Below, in pieces: positions 36,382-38,204 of a DNA stretch of 38,204 nucleotides. The DNA comes from Lama guanicoe (Eukaryota), in contig PNXV01005372.1 in the NCBI GenBank assembly GCA_013239625.1, positions 1 to 38,204 of the forward strand, in the 5' to 3' direction. Position numbers and translations under genes: made by a program. Under the pieces are notes generated by a model. That model had not been told where the DNA came from, did no database searches, and saw only the letters and a program-made list of their open reading frames with translations. Position 1 is the stretch's first letter; every line of letters starts with the position of its first letter.

Positions 36382-37030
36382 GCTTCTATTCTTAGTTTGT
36401 TGAGCGTTTTTATCATAAAAAGGTGTTAGATTTTGTCAAATGCTTTTTCTGTGTCTTTTGAGATGACCGTGTGTTATATTGATTGCTTTTACTATGTGGA
36501 AATAACCTTGCATTCCTGGGATAAATCTCATTTGATTATGGTGTATAATCCTTTTTATATACTACTAGATTCATCTTGAGAGTGTTTTATTGAGGATTTT
36601 TTCATTTATATTTATAAGAATAAGAGTGGATCTATACTTTCTTTTCCTGTGATATCTTTGGGTTAGTTATCAGGGTAGTATTGGCCTCATAGAATGAGTT
36701 AGGAAGAGTTCCATTTTCATCTATTTCTTTAAATATTTGGAGGAAGTCACTAGCGAAGTCACATGGTTTGAGGCTTTTCTTTGGTGAAAGTGTTTGATTA
36801 CTAATGCAATCTCTTTACATGTTATAATTTTACTCAGATTTTCTTTTTTAAAGTCAGTTTTCCTAGTTTGTATCTTTCTAAGAATTTGTCCATTTCATCC
36901 ATCTCATCTAATTTGTTGGCATGTTGTTCATAGAACTCTCTTATAATCCTTTGTTTTCCTGTAAGGTTATTTGTAATGTCAGTGGCTCTGACAATGTCCC
37001 TCTTTCATTCCTGATTCTGATGGTTTTGAA
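36382..37030 (-). mobile_element. Old L1M ORF2 fragment
   Basis: 'gattttgtcaaatgctttttctgtgtc', 'ccttgcattcctgggataaatc', 'tggcctcatagaatgagttaggaag'. Confidence 0.85.
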
Positions 37031-38091
37031 GTTTTCTCAGTGCTTTTGTGGAAGAGAGATATTAGGAGATTCTTACTGTAACATTGCTGCTGATGTCACT
37101 CCTTGAGCAGAGTTTTAGTGCATCTGTAAGTCCTGCCTTCATCGTTGGTAGTTCTCATTGTGAGACTTCCTGAAATGATTTCTGGTGAATGATCTGGTTC
37201 ATCTCACAAGTTATTAAGTTAAAATTTGTTTGACTTTGAAATACCAATTTTTAAAAATATGGTAATATTCAAAATATGTATCATTTCTCAGGAATTGAAA
37301 TGAACATAACTTTGAAAGCTCACTGCTGCAAATATATCCAAAGAGACATATACTGTTCTGTGACATGGAACTGACCTTTCAAACAGACAGCAACTGTACA
37401 GATGACTATCCAGTGAGGTTTTATCTATATATTCATAAGCAAAATTATACTCTTATCTCAAAAGGGTTTTGTGACAAGGGACATTGCCAAAAGTTGAACT
37501 GTCTTTATATGACTGGGGTTGGGAAACCAGACAGACCTTCCAGGGCAGAGAAAGGGACAAAGGGACAAACAGATGAATGTCTCCTTCAGTGTTGGCAGAT
37601 GACCTGGTAACTGTGAAGCACTCAGTGATGGGAAAGTAAGTTGGCACTCATGATTCTGGAATTTGGTAGTCAACTCCAAGTGTTTCAAGGTAAGGACTGA
37701 AGGTGAGAAAGATGTGGGTATAGGAAGATTGAACAGAGACTCTGGTCTTAGAGTCGGGGCAGGTGGCAGGACCTTACACCCAAAGAAGAACTTGGGAAGG
37801 TGTCTTGTTACCGAGGACATTAGTCAGCAAAGGGGAAATGGGAGGCGGGCTCAATTTTCTCTGAAGGTCTGAGCTAGAAGTTCCAGGTTCCTTAACATGG
37901 GTCTGCCTCTAACCAGTTGGTGTCACAGAGCTGATGAAGGGTAATATGTCCCCAGCTGGGAAGGCTTCAGGGTTCTAAGGCAGGGAGCAAGACTGCGTGC
38001 ACTGATGGAGGCAGATCAGAACTGGGTGTTATGCTCTGAGTTAGATTATGCTAAGGATTTAGAAGGATGTACTCTCTCTTCTCTCCCACAG

Positions 38092-38150
38092 GTATTTCTT
38101 TCCACCAAAGGGAACTCTGGCTGCCAACAACAACAGAGGCATGGGGGTGG
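38092..38150 (+). other. Candidate 59-nt spliced exon containing an ATG in strong context
   Basis: Branch-like 'gctaag' near 38050, tract 'ctctctcttctctcccacag|', donor 'GG|GTGAGC' at 38151, GGCATGG with ATG at 38141. Confidence 0.3.
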
Positions 38151-38204
38151 GTGAGCATCTCCCAGGAGCCTTCTGGTGCAGCCTGGCATGAGGCATGACG
38201 GGGA

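Noticed and set aside
30575..37030. Similar L1 ORF2 segments at ~30.6-31.2 kb and ~36.4-37.0 kb as a segmental duplication
   Set aside because: Divergence is consistent with separate old L1M insertions and the flanks do not match.
1..38204. Prokaryotic-type systems (CRISPR, operons, rRNA)
   Set aside because: The sequence is mammalian repeat-rich DNA; no regularly spaced repeat-spacer array or rRNA motif was seen.

Overview
Mammalian genomic DNA, probably camelid (inferred from the tRNA-derived SINE and the young L1 3' ends). Well over half of it is interspersed repeats: L1 of several ages, MIR/L2, MaLR, MER5A/MER58 and ERV LTRs. Nearly all ORFs in the track are spurious or decayed retroelement remnants. 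Three things stand out. (1) A compact minus-strand candidate gene in a CpG island (~27.2-28.15 kb) encoding a 41-aa single-pass membrane micropeptide (27744-27619). It has a good Kozak context, strong GC3 bias, a splice donor 5 nt after the stop and a plausible 3'UTR exon; I do not recognise the gene. (2) A ~0.5 kb inverted repeat pair (6559-7080 / 12341-12848). A 336-bp core is identical apart from one homopolymer indel while the flanks are clearly diverged, the pattern expected from gene conversion. The arms bracket a ~5.3 kb potentially invertible segment with a CpG-rich, CCAAT-preceded, MIR-derived element at its midpoint. (3) An old ERVL (MLT2 LTR plus gag remnant) carrying four solo LTR insertions within ~2.6 kb, each with a 4-bp TSD (one imperfect). 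Several nested L1 insertions with readable TSDs are also present, including a twin-primed 5'-inverted copy. Repeat family names are from recall of consensus sequences, not from a database search.
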